Source: Naegleria gruberi (taxonomy: Eukaryota). From it: DNA of 64,000 bases. Where the stretch lies: assembly GCA_000004985.1 (NCBI GenBank), contig GG738860.1. The stretch is one strand, 5' to 3'. The notes under the pieces are model-generated. The model did not search any database. It saw only the letters and a program-made list of their open reading frames with translations, and was not told the origin of the DNA. Positions 1-12,000 of this stretch are shown piece after piece. Each line of letters begins with the position of its first letter. Position 1 is the first letter of the stretch. A program made the position numbers and the translations under genes.

Positions 1-3000
1 NNNNNNNNNNNNNNNNNNNNNNNNNNNNNNNNNNNNNNNNNNNNNNNNNNNNNNNNNNNNNNNNNNNNNNNNNNNNNNNNNNNNNNNNNNNNNNNNNNNN
101 NNNNNNNNNNNNNNNNNNNNNNNNNNNNNNNNNNNNNNNNNNNNNNNNNNNNNNNNNNNNNNNNNNNNNNNNNNNNNNNNNNNNNNNNNNNNNNNNNNNN
201 NNNNNNNNNNNNNNNNNNNNNNNNNNNNNNNNNNNNNNNNNNNNNNNNNNNNNNNNNNNNNNNNNNNNNNNNNNNNNNNNNNNNNNNNNNNNNNNNNNNN
301 NNNNNNNNNNNNNNNNNNNNNNNNNNNNNNNNNNNNNNNNNNNNNNNNNNNNNNNNNNNNNNNNNNNNNNNNNNNNNNNNNNNNNNNNNNNNNNNNNNNN
401 NNNNNNNNNNNNNNNNNNNNNNNNNNNNNNNNNNNNNNNNNNNNNNNNNNNNNNNNNNNNNNNNNNNNNNNNNNNNNNNNNNNNNNNNNNNNNNNNNNNN
501 NNNNNNNNNNNNNNNNNNNNNNNNNNNNNNNNNNNNNNNNNNNNNNNNNNNNNNNNNNNNNNNNNNNNNNNNNNNNNNNNNNNNNNNNNNNNNNNNNNNN
601 NNNNNNNNNNNNNNNNNNNNNNNNNNNNNNNNNNNNNNNNNNNNNNNNNNNNNNNNNNNNNNNNNNNNNNNNNNNNNNNNNNNNNNNNNNNNNNNNNNNN
701 NNNNNNNNNNNNNNNNNNNNNNNNNNNNNNNNNNNNNNNNNNNNNNNNNNNNNNNNNNNNNNNNNNNNNNNNNNNNNNNNNNNNNNNNNNNNNNNNNNNN
801 NNNNNNNNNNNNNNNNNNNNNNNNNNNNNNNNNNNNNNNNNNNNNNNNNNNNNNNNNNNNNNNNNNNNNNNNNNNNNNNNNNNNNNNNNNNNNNNNNNNN
901 NNNNNNNNNNNNNNNNNNNNNNNNNNNNNNNNNNNNNNNNNNNNNNNNNNNNNNNNNNNNNNNNNNNNNNNNNNNNNNNNNNNNNNNNNNNNNNNNNNNN
1001 NNNNNNNNNNNNNNNNNNNNNNNNNNNNNNNNNNNNNNNNNNNNNNNNNNNNNNNNNNNNNNNNNNNNNNNNNNNNNNNNNNNNNNNNNNNNNNNNNNNN
1101 NNNNNNNNNNNNNNNNNNNNNNNNNNNNNNNNNNNNNNNNNNNNNNNNNNNNNNNNNNNNNNNNNNNNNNNNNNNNNNNNNNNNNNNNNNNNNNNNNNNN
1201 NNNNNNNNNNNNNNNNNNNNNNNNNNNNNNNNNNNNNNNNNNNNNNNNNNNNNNNNNNNNNNNNNNNNNNNNNNNNNNNNNNNNNNNNNNNNNNNNNNNN
1301 NNNNNNNNNNNNNNNNNNNNNNNNNNNNNNNNNNNNNNNNNNNNNNNNNNNNNNNNNNNNNNNNNNNNNNNNNNNNNNNNNNNNNNNNNNNNNNNNNNNN
1401 NNNNNNNNNNNNNNNNNNNNNNNNNNNNNNNNNNNNNNNNNNNNNNNNNNNNNNNNNNNNNNNNNNNNNNNNNNNNNNNNNNNNNNNNNNNNNNNNNNNN
1501 NNNNNNNNNNNNNNNNNNNNNNNNNNNNNNNNNNNNNNNNNNNNNNNNNNNNNNNNNNNNNNNNNNNNNNNNNNNNNNNNNNNNNNNNNNNNNNNNNNNN
1601 NNNNNNNNNNNNNNNNNNNNNNNNNNNNNNNNNNNNNNNNNNNNNNNNNNNNNNNNNNNNNNNNNNNNNNNNNNNNNNNNNNNNNNNNNNNNNNNNNNNN
1701 NNNNNNNNNNNNNNNNNNNNNNNNNNNNNNNNNNNNNNNNNNNNNNNNNNNNNNNNNNNNNNNNNNNNNNNNNNNNNNNNNNNNNNNNNNNNNNNNNNNN
1801 NNNNNNNNNNNNNNNNNNNNNNNNNNNNNNNNNNNNNNNNNNNNNNNNNNNNNNNNNNNNNNNNNNNNNNNNNNNNNNNNNNNNNNNNNNNNNNNNNNNN
1901 NNNNNNNNNNNNNNNNNNNNNNNNNNNNNNNNNNNNNNNNNNNNNNNNNNNNNNNNNNNNNNNNNNNNNNNNNNNNNNNNNNNNNNNNNNNNNNNNNNNN
2001 NNNNNNNNNNNNNNNNNNNNNNNNNNNNNNNNNNNNNNNNNNNNNNNNNNNNNNNNNNNNNNNNNNNNNNNNNNNNNNNNNNNNNNNNNNNNNNNNNNNN
2101 NNNNNNNNNNNNNNNNNNNNNNNNNNNNNNNNNNNNNNNNNNNNNNNNNNNNNNNNNNNNNNNNNNNNNNNNNNNNNNNNNNNNNNNNNNNNNNNNNNNN
2201 NNNNNNNNNNNNNNNNNNNNNNNNNNNNNNNNNNNNNNNNNNNNNNNNNNNNNNNNNNNNNNNNNNNNNNNNNNNNNNNNNNNNNNNNNNNNNNNNNNNN
2301 NNNNNNNNNNNNNNNNNNNNNNNNNNNNNNNNNNNNNNNNNNNNNNNNNNNNNNNNNNNNNNNNNNNNNNNNNNNNNNNNNNNNNNNNNNNNNNNNNNNN
2401 NNNNNNNNNNNNNNNNNNNNNNNNNNNNNNNNNNNNNNNNNNNNNNNNNNNNNNNNNNNNNNNNNNNNNNNNNNNNNNNNNNNNNNNNNNNNNNNNNNNN
2501 NNNNNNNNNNNNNNNNNNNNNNNNNNNNNNNNNNNNNNNNNNNNNNNNNNNNNNNNNNNNNNNNNNNNNNNNNNNNNNNNNNNNNNNNNNNNNNNNNNNN
2601 NNNNNNNNNNNNNNNNNNNNNNNNNNNNNNNNNNNNNNNNNNNNNNNNNNNNNNNNNNNNNNNNNNNNNNNNNNNNNNNNNNNNNNNNNNNNNNNNNNNN
2701 NNNNNNNNNNNNNNNNNNNNNNNNNNNNNNNNNNNNNNNNNNNNNNNNNNNNNNNNNNNNNNNNNNNNNNNNNNNNNNNNNNNNNNNNNNNNNNNNNNNN
2801 NNNNNNNNNNNNNNNNNNNNNNNNNNNNNNNNNNNNNNNNNNNNNNNNNNNNNNNNNNNNNNNNNNNNNNNNNNNNNNNNNNNNNNNNNNNNNNNNNNNN
2901 NNNNNNNNNNNNNNNNNNNNNNNNNNNNNNNNNNNNNNNNNNNNNNNNNNNNNNNNNNNNNNNNNNNNNNNNNNNNNNNNNNNNNNNNNNNNNNNNNNNN

Positions 3001-6000
3001 NNNNNNNNNNNNNNNNNNNNNNNNNNNNNNNNNNNNNNNNNNNNNNNNNNNNNNNNNNNNNNNNNNNNNNNNNNNNNNNNNNNNNNNNNNNNNNNNNNNN
3101 NNNNNNNNNNNNNNNNNNNNNNNNNNNNNNNNNNNNNNNNNNNNNNNNNNNNNNNNNNNNNNNNNNNNNNNNNNNNNNNNNNNNNNNNNNNNNNNNNNNN
3201 NNNNNNNNNNNNNNNNNNNNNNNNNNNNNNNNNNNNNNNNNNNNNNNNNNNNNNNNNNNNNNNNNNNNNNNNNNNNNNNNNNNNNNNNNNNNNNNNNNNN
3301 NNNNNNNNNNNNNNNNNNNNNNNNNNNNNNNNNNNNNNNNNNNNNNNNNNNNNNNNNNNNNNNNNNNNNNNNNNNNNNNNNNNNNNNNNNNNNNNNNNNN
3401 NNNNNNNNNNNNNNNNNNNNNNNNNNNNNNNNNNNNNNNNNNNNNNNNNNNNNNNNNNNNNNNNNNNNNNNNNNNNNNNNNNNNNNNNNNNNNNNNNNNN
3501 NNNNNNNNNNNNNNNNNNNNNNNNNNNNNNNNNNNNNNNNNNNNNNNNNNNNNNNNNNNNNNNNNNNNNNNNNNNNNNNNNNNNNNNNNNNNNNNNNNNN
3601 NNNNNNNNNNNNNNNNNNNNNNNNNNNNNNNNNNNNNNNNNNNNNNNNNNNNNNNNNNNNNNNNNNNNNNNNNNNNNNNNNNNNNNNNNNNNNNNNNNNN
3701 NNNNNNNNNNNNNNNNNNNNNNNNNNNNNNNNNNNNNNNNNNNNNNNNNNNNNNNNNNNNNNNNNNNNNNNNNNNNNNNNNNNNNNNNNNNNNNNNNNNN
3801 NNNNNNNNNNNNNNNNNNNNNNNNNNNNNNNNNNNNNNNNNNNNNNNNNNNNNNNNNNNNNNNNNNNNNNNNNNNNNNNNNNNNNNNNNNNNNNNNNNNN
3901 NNNNNNNNNNNNNNNNNNNNNNNNNNNNNNNNNNNNNNNNNNNNNNNNNNNNNNNNNNNNNNNNNNNNNNNNNNNNNNNNNNNNNNNNNNNNNNNNNNNN
4001 NNNNNNNNNNNNNNNNNNNNNNNNNNNNNNNNNNNNNNNNNNNNNNNNNNNNNNNNNNNNNNNNNNNNNNNNNNNNNNNNNNNNNNNNNNNNNNNNNNNN
4101 NNNNNNNNNNNNNNNNNNNNNNNNNNNNNNNNNNNNNNNNNNNNNNNNNNNNNNNNNNNNNNNNNNNNNNNNNNNNNNNNNNNNNNNNNNNNNNNNNNNN
4201 NNNNNNNNNNNNNNNNNNNNNNNNNNNNNNNNNNNNNNNNNNNNNNNNNNNNNNNNNNNNNNNNNNNNNNNNNNNNNNNNNNNNNNNNNNNNNNNNNNNN
4301 NNNNNNNNNNNNNNNNNNNNNNNNNNNNNNNNNNNNNNNNNNNNNNNNNNNNNNNNNNNNNNNNNNNNNNNNNNNNNNNNNNNNNNNNNNNNNNNNNNNN
4401 NNNNNNNNNNNNNNNNNNNNNNNNNNNNNNNNNNNNNNNNNNNNNNNNNNNNNNNNNNNNNNNNNNNNNNNNNNNNNNNNNNNNNNNNNNNNNNNNNNNN
4501 NNNNNNNNNNNNNNNNNNNNNNNNNNNNNNNNNNNNNNNNNNNNNNNNNNNNNNNNNNNNNNNNNNNNNNNNNNNNNNNNNNNNNNNNNNNNNNNNNNNN
4601 NNNNNNNNNNNNNNNNNNNNNNNNNNNNNNNNNNNNNNNNNNNNNNNNNNNNNNNNNNNNNNNNNNNNNNNNNNNNNNNNNNNNNNNNNNNNNNNNNNNN
4701 NNNNNNNNNNNNNNNNNNNNNNNNNNNNNNNNNNNNNNNNNNNNNNNNNNNNNNNNNNNNNNNNNNNNNNNNNNNNNNNNNNNNNNNNNNNNNNNNNNNN
4801 NNNNNNNNNNNNNNNNNNNNNNNNNNNNNNNNNNNNNNNNNNNNNNNNNNNNNNNNNNNNNNNNNNNNNNNNNNNNNNNNNNNNNNNNNNNNNNNNNNNN
4901 NNNNNNNNNNNNNNNNNNNNNNNNNNNNNNNNNNNNNNNNNNNNNNNNNNNNNNNNNNNNNNNNNNNNNNNNNNNNNNNNNNNNNNNNNNNNNNNNNNNN
5001 NNNNNNNNNNNNNNNNNNNNNNNNNNNNNNNNNNNNNNNNNNNNNNNNNNNNNNNNNNNNNNNNNNNNNNNNNNNNNNNNNNNNNNNNNNNNNNNNNNNN
5101 NNNNNNNNNNNNNNNNNNNNNNNNNNNNNNNNNNNNNNNNNNNNNNNNNNNNNNNNNNNNNNNNNNNNNNNNNNNNNNNNNNNNNNNNNNNNNNNNNNNN
5201 NNNNNNNNNNNNNNNNNNNNNNNNNNNNNNNNNNNNNNNNNNNNNNNNNNNNNNNNNNNNNNNNNNNNNNNNNNNNNNNNNNNNNNNNNNNNNNNNNNNN
5301 NNNNNNNNNNNNNNNNNNNNNNNNNNNNNNNNNNNNNNNNNNNNNNNNNNNNNNNNNNNNNNNNNNNNNNNNNNNNNNNNNNNNNNNNNNNNNNNNNNNN
5401 NNNNNNNNNNNNNNNNNNNNNNNNNNNNNNNNNNNNNNNNNNNNNNNNNNNNNNNNNNNNNNNNNNNNNNNNNNNNNNNNNNNNNNNNNNNNNNNNNNNN
5501 NNNNNNNNNNNNNNNNNNNNNNNNNNNNNNNNNNNNNNNNNNNNNNNNNNNNNNNNNNNNNNNNNNNNNNNNNNNNNNNNNNNNNNNNNNNNNNNNNNNN
5601 NNNNNNNNNNNNNNNNNNNNNNNNNNNNNNNNNNNNNNNNNNNNNNNNNNNNNNNNNNNNNNNNNNNNNNNNNNNNNNNNNNNNNNNNNNNNNNNNNNNN
5701 NNNNNNNNNNNNNNNNNNNNNNNNNNNNNNNNNNNNNNNNNNNNNNNNNNNNNNNNNNNNNNNNNNNNNNNNNNNNNNNNNNNNNNNNNNNNNNNNNNNN
5801 NNNNNNNNNNNNNNNNNNNNNNNNNNNNNNNNNNNNNNNNNNNNNNNNNNNNNNNNNNNNNNNNNNNNNNNNNNNNNNNNNNNNNNNNNNNNNNNNNNNN
5901 NNNNNNNNNNNNNNNNNNNNNNNNNNNNNNNNNNNNNNNNNNNNNNNNNNNNNNNNNNNNNNNNNNNNNNNNNNNNNNNNNNNNNNNNNNNNNNNNNNNN

Positions 6001-9000
6001 NNNNNNNNNNNNNNNNNNNNNNNNNNNNNNNNNNNNNNNNNNNNNNNNNNNNNNNNNNNNNNNNNNNNNNNNNNNNNNNNNNNNNNNNNNNNNNNNNNNN
6101 NNNNNNNNNNNNNNNNNNNNNNNNNNNNNNNNNNNNNNNNNNNNNNNNNNNNNNNNNNNNNNNNNNNNNNNNNNNNNNNNNNNNNNNNNNNNNNNNNNNN
6201 NNNNNNNNNNNNNNNNNNNNNNNNNNNNNNNNNNNNNNNNNNNNNNNNNNNNNNNNNNNNNNNNNNNNNNNNNNNNNNNNNNNNNNNNNNNNNNNNNNNN
6301 NNNNNNNNNNNNNNNNNNNNNNNNNNNNNNNNNNNNNNNNNNNNNNNNNNNNNNNNNNNNNNNNNNNNNNNNNNNNNNNNNNNNNNNNNNNNNNNNNNNN
6401 NNNNNNNNNNNNNNNNNNNNNNNNNNNNNNNNNNNNNNNNNNNNNNNNNNNNNNNNNNNNNNNNNNNNNNNNNNNNNNNNNNNNNNNNNNNNNNNNNNNN
6501 NNNNNNNNNNNNNNNNNNNNNNNNNNNNNNNNNNNNNNNNNNNNNNNNNNNNNNNNNNNNNNNNNNNNNNNNNNNNNNNNNNNNNNNNNNNNNNNNNNNN
6601 NNNNNNNNNNNNNNNNNNNNNNNNNNNNNNNNNNNNNNNNNNNNNNNNNNNNNNNNNNNNNNNNNNNNNNNNNNNNNNNNNNNNNNNNNNNNNNNNNNNN
6701 NNNNNNNNNNNNNNNNNNNNNNNNNNNNNNNNNNNNNNNNNNNNNNNNNNNNNNNNNNNNNNNNNNNNNNNNNNNNNNNNNNNNNNNNNNNNNNNNNNNN
6801 NNNNNNNNNNNNNNNNNNNNNNNNNNNNNNNNNNNNNNNNNNNNNNNNNNNNNNNNNNNNNNNNNNNNNNNNNNNNNNNNNNNNNNNNNNNNNNNNNNNN
6901 NNNNNNNNNNNNNNNNNNNNNNNNNNNNNNNNNNNNNNNNNNNNNNNNNNNNNNNNNNNNNNNNNNNNNNNNNNNNNNNNNNNNNNNNNNNNNNNNNNNN
7001 NNNNNNNNNNNNNNNNNNNNNNNNNNNNNNNNNNNNNNNNNNNNNNNNNNNNNNNNNNNNNNNNNNNNNNNNNNNNNNNNNNNNNNNNNNNNNNNNNNNN
7101 NNNNNNNNNNNNNNNNNNNNNNNNNNNNNNNNNNNNNNNNNNNNNNNNNNNNNNNNNNNNNNNNNNNNNNNNNNNNNNNNNNNNNNNNNNNNNNNNNNNN
7201 NNNNNNNNNNNNNNNNNNNNNNNNNNNNNNNNNNNNNNNNNNNNNNNNNNNNNNNNNNNNNNNNNNNNNNNNNNNNNNNNNNNNNNNNNNNNNNNNNNNN
7301 NNNNNNNNNNNNNNNNNNNNNNNNNNNNNNNNNNNNNNNNNNNNNNNNNNNNNNNNNNNNNNNNNNNNNNNNNNNNNNNNNNNNNNNNNNNNNNNNNNNN
7401 NNNNNNNNNNNNNNNNNNNNNNNNNNNNNNNNNNNNNNNNNNNNNNNNNNNNNNNNNNNNNNNNNNNNNNNNNNNNNNNNNNNNNNNNNNNNNNNNNNNN
7501 NNNNNNNNNNNNNNNNNNNNNNNNNNNNNNNNNNNNNNNNNNNNNNNNNNNNNNNNNNNNNNNNNNNNNNNNNNNNNNNNNNNNNNNNNNNNNNNNNNNN
7601 NNNNNNNNNNNNNNNNNNNNNNNNNNNNNNNNNNNNNNNNNNNNNNNNNNNNNNNNNNNNNNNNNNNNNNNNNNNNNNNNNNNNNNNNNNNNNNNNNNNN
7701 NNNNNNNNNNNNNNNNNNNNNNNNNNNNNNNNNNNNNNNNNNNNNNNNNNNNNNNNNNNNNNNNNNNNNNNNNNNNNNNNNNNNNNNNNNNNNNNNNNNN
7801 NNNNNNNNNNNNNNNNNNNNNNNNNNNNNNNNNNNNNNNNNNNNNNNNNNNNNNNNNNNNNNNNNNNNNNNNNNNNNNNNNNNNNNNNNNNNNNNNNNNN
7901 NNNNNNNNNNNNNNNNNNNNNNNNNNNNNNNNNNNNNNNNNNNNNNNNNNNNNNNNNNNNNNNNNNNNNNNNNNNNNNNNNNNNNNNNNNNNNNNNNNNN
8001 NNNNNNNNNNNNNNNNNNNNNNNNNNNNNNNNNNNNNNNNNNNNNNNNNNNNNNNNNNNNNNNNNNNNNNNNNNNNNNNNNNNNNNNNNNNNNNNNNNNN
8101 NNNNNNNNNNNNNNNNNNNNNNNNNNNNNNNNNNNNNNNNNNNNNNNNNNNNNNNNNNNNNNNNNNNNNNNNNNNNNNNNNNNNNNNNNNNNNNNNNNNN
8201 NNNNNNNNNNNNNNNNNNNNNNNNNNNNNNNNNNNNNNNNNNNNNNNNNNNNNNNNNNNNNNNNNNNNNNNNNNNNNNNNNNNNNNNNNNNNNNNNNNNN
8301 NNNNNNNNNNNNNNNNNNNNNNNNNNNNNNNNNNNNNNNNNNNNNNNNNNNNNNNNNNNNNNNNNNNNNNNNNNNNNNNNNNNNNNNNNNNNNNNNNNNN
8401 NNNNNNNNNNNNNNNNNNNNNNNNNNNNNNNNNNNNNNNNNNNNNNNNNNNNNNNNNNNNNNNNNNNNNNNNNNNNNNNNNNNNNNNNNNNNNNNNNNNN
8501 NNNNNNNNNNNNNNNNNNNNNNNNNNNNNNNNNNNNNNNNNNNNNNNNNNNNNNNNNNNNNNNNNNNNNNNNNNNNNNNNNNNNNNNNNNNNNNNNNNNN
8601 NNNNNNNNNNNNNNNNNNNNNNNNNNNNNNNNNNNNNNNNNNNNNNNNNNNNNNNNNNNNNNNNNNNNNNNNNNNNNNNNNNNNNNNNNNNNNNNNNNNN
8701 NNNNNNNNNNNNNNNNNNNNNNNNNNNNNNNNNNNNNNNNNNNNNNNNNNNNNNNNNNNNNNNNNNNNNNNNNNNNNNNNNNNNNNNNNNNNNNNNNNNN
8801 NNNNNNNNNNNNNNNNNNNNNNNNNNNNNNNNNNNNNNNNNNNNNNNNNNNNNNNNNNNNNNNNNNNNNNNNNNNNNNNNNNNNNNNNNNNNNNNNNNNN
8901 NNNNNNNNNNNNNNNNNNNNNNNNNNNNNNNNNNNNNNNNNNNNNNNNNNNNNNNNNNNNNNNNNNNNNNNNNNNNNNNNNNNNNNNNNNNNNNNNNNNN

Positions 9001-12000
9001 NNNNNNNNNNNNNNNNNNNNNNNNNNNNNNNNNNNNNNNNNNNNNNNNNNNNNNNNNNNNNNNNNNNNNNNNNNNNNNNNNNNNNNNNNNNNNNNNNNNN
9101 NNNNNNNNNNNNNNNNNNNNNNNNNNNNNNNNNNNNNNNNNNNNNNNNNNNNNNNNNNNNNNNNNNNNNNNNNNNNNNNNNNNNNNNNNNNNNNNNNNNN
9201 NNNNNNNNNNNNNNNNNNNNNNNNNNNNNNNNNNNNNNNNNNNNNNNNNNNNNNNNNNNNNNNNNNNNNNNNNNNNNNNNNNNNNNNNNNNNNNNNNNNN
9301 NNNNNNNNNNNNNNNNNNNNNNNNNNNNNNNNNNNNNNNNNNNNNNNNNNNNNNNNNNNNNNNNNNNNNNNNNNNNNNNNNNNNNNNNNNNNNNNNNNNN
9401 NNNNNNNNNNNNNNNNNNNNNNNNNNNNNNNNNNNNNNNNNNNNNNNNNNNNNNNNNNNNNNNNNNNNNNNNNNNNNNNNNNNNNNNNNNNNNNNNNNNN
9501 NNNNNNNNNNNNNNNNNNNNNNNNNNNNNNNNNNNNNNNNNNNNNNNNNNNNNNNNNNNNNNNNNNNNNNNNNNNNNNNNNNNNNNNNNNNNNNNNNNNN
9601 NNNNNNNNNNNNNNNNNNNNNNNNNNNNNNNNNNNNNNNNNNNNNNNNNNNNNNNNNNNNNNNNNNNNNNNNNNNNNNNNNNNNNNNNNNNNNNNNNNNN
9701 NNNNNNNNNNNNNNNNNNNNNNNNNNNNNNNNNNNNNNNNNNNNNNNNNNNNNNNNNNNNNNNNNNNNNNNNNNNNNNNNNNNNNNNNNNNNNNNNNNNN
9801 NNNNNNNNNNNNNNNNNNNNNNNNNNNNNNNNNNNNNNNNNNNNNNNNNNNNNNNNNNNNNNNNNNNNNNNNNNNNNNNNNNNNNNNNNNNNNNNNNNNN
9901 NNNNNNNNNNNNNNNNNNNNNNNNNNNNNNNNNNNNNNNNNNNNNNNNNNNNNNNNNNNNNNNNNNNNNNNNNNNNNNNNNNNNNNNNNNNNNNNNNNNN
10001 NNNNNNNNNNNNNNNNNNNNNNNNNNNNNNNNNNNNNNNNNNNNNNNNNNNNNNNNNNNNNNNNNNNNNNNNNNNNNNNNNNNNNNNNNNNNNNNNNNNN
10101 NNNNNNNNNNNNNNNNNNNNNNNNNNNNNNNNNNNNNNNNNNNNNNNNNNNNNNNNNNNNNNNNNNNNNNNNNNNNNNNNNNNNNNNNNNNNNNNNNNNN
10201 NNNNNNNNNNNNNNNNNNNNNNNNNNNNNNNNNNNNNNNNNNNNNNNNNNNNNNNNNNNNNNNNNNNNNNNNNNNNNNNNNNNNNNNNNNNNNNNNNNNN
10301 NNNNNNNNNNNNNNNNNNNNNNNNNNNNNNNNNNNNNNNNNNNNNNNNNNNNNNNNNNNNNNNNNNNNNNNNNNNNNNNNNNNNNNNNNNNNNNNNNNNN
10401 NNNNNNNNNNNNNNNNNNNNNNNNNNNNNNNNNNNNNNNNNNNNNNNNNNNNNNNNNNNNNNNNNNNNNNNNNNNNNNNNNNNNNNNNNNNNNNNNNNNN
10501 NNNNNNNNNNNNNNNNNNNNNNNNNNNNNNNNNNNNNNNNNNNNNNNNNNNNNNNNNNNNNNNNNNNNNNNNNNNNNNNNNNNNNNNNNNNNNNNNNNNN
10601 NNNNNNNNNNNNNNNNNNNNNNNNNNNNNNNNNNNNNNNNNNNNNNNNNNNNNNNNNNNNNNNNNNNNNNNNNNNNNNNNNNNNNNNNNNNNNNNNNNNN
10701 NNNNNNNNNNNNNNNNNNNNNNNNNNNNNNNNNNNNNNNNNNNNNNNNNNNNNNNNNNNNNNNNNNNNNNNNNNNNNNNNNNNNNNNNNNNNNNNNNNNN
10801 NNNNNNNNNNNNNNNNNNNNNNNNNNNNNNNNNNNNNNNNNNNNNNNNNNNNNNNNNNNNNNNNNNNNNNNNNNNNNNNNNNNNNNNNNNNNNNNNNNNN
10901 NNNNNNNNNNNNNNNNNNNNNNNNNNNNNNNNNNNNNNNNNNNNNNNNNNNNNNNNNNNNNNNNNNNNNNNNNNNNNNNNNNNNNNNNNNNNNNNNNNNN
11001 NNNNNNNNNNNNNNNNNNNNNNNNNNNNNNNNNNNNNNNNNNNNNNNNNNNNNNNNNNNNNNNNNNNNNNNNNNNNNNNNNNNNNNNNNNNNNNNNNNNN
11101 NNNNNNNNNNNNNNNNNNNNNNNNNNNNNNNNNNNNNNNNNNNNNNNNNNNNNNNNNNNNNNNNNNNNNNNNNNNNNNNNNNNNNNNNNNNNNNNNNNNN
11201 NNNNNNNNNNNNNNNNNNNNNNNNNNNNNNNNNNNNNNNNNNNNNNNNNNNNNNNNNNNNNNNNNNNNNNNNNNNNNNNNNNNNNNNNNNNNNNNNNNNN
11301 NNNNNNNNNNNNNNNNNNNNNNNNNNNNNNNNNNNNNNNNNNNNNNNNNNNNNNNNNNNNNNNNNNNNNNNNNNNNNNNNNNNNNNNNNNNNNNNNNNNN
11401 NNNNNNNNNNNNNNNNNNNNNNNNNNNNNNNNNNNNNNNNNNNNNNNNNNNNNNNNNNNNNNNNNNNNNNNNNNNNNNNNNNNNNNNNNNNNNNNNNNNN
11501 NNNNNNNNNNNNNNNNNNNNNNNNNNNNNNNNNNNNNNNNNNNNNNNNNNNNNNNNNNNNNNNNNNNNNNNNNNNNNNNNNNNNNNNNNNNNNNNNNNNN
11601 NNNNNNNNNNNNNNNNNNNNNNNNNNNNNNNNNNNNNNNNNNNNNNNNNNNNNNNNNNNNNNNNNNNNNNNNNNNNNNNNNNNNNNNNNNNNNNNNNNNN
11701 NNNNNNNNNNNNNNNNNNNNNNNNNNNNNNNNNNNNNNNNNNNNNNNNNNNNNNNNNNNNNNNNNNNNNNNNNNNNNNNNNNNNNNNNNNNNNNNNNNNN
11801 NNNNNNNNNNNNNNNNNNNNNNNNNNNNNNNNNNNNNNNNNNNNNNNNNNNNNNNNNNNNNNNNNNNNNNNNNNNNNNNNNNNNNNNNNNNNNNNNNNNN
11901 NNNNNNNNNNNNNNNNNNNNNNNNNNNNNNNNNNNNNNNNNNNNNNNNNNNNNNNNNNNNNNNNNNNNNNNNNNNNNNNNNNNNNNNNNNNNNNNNNNNN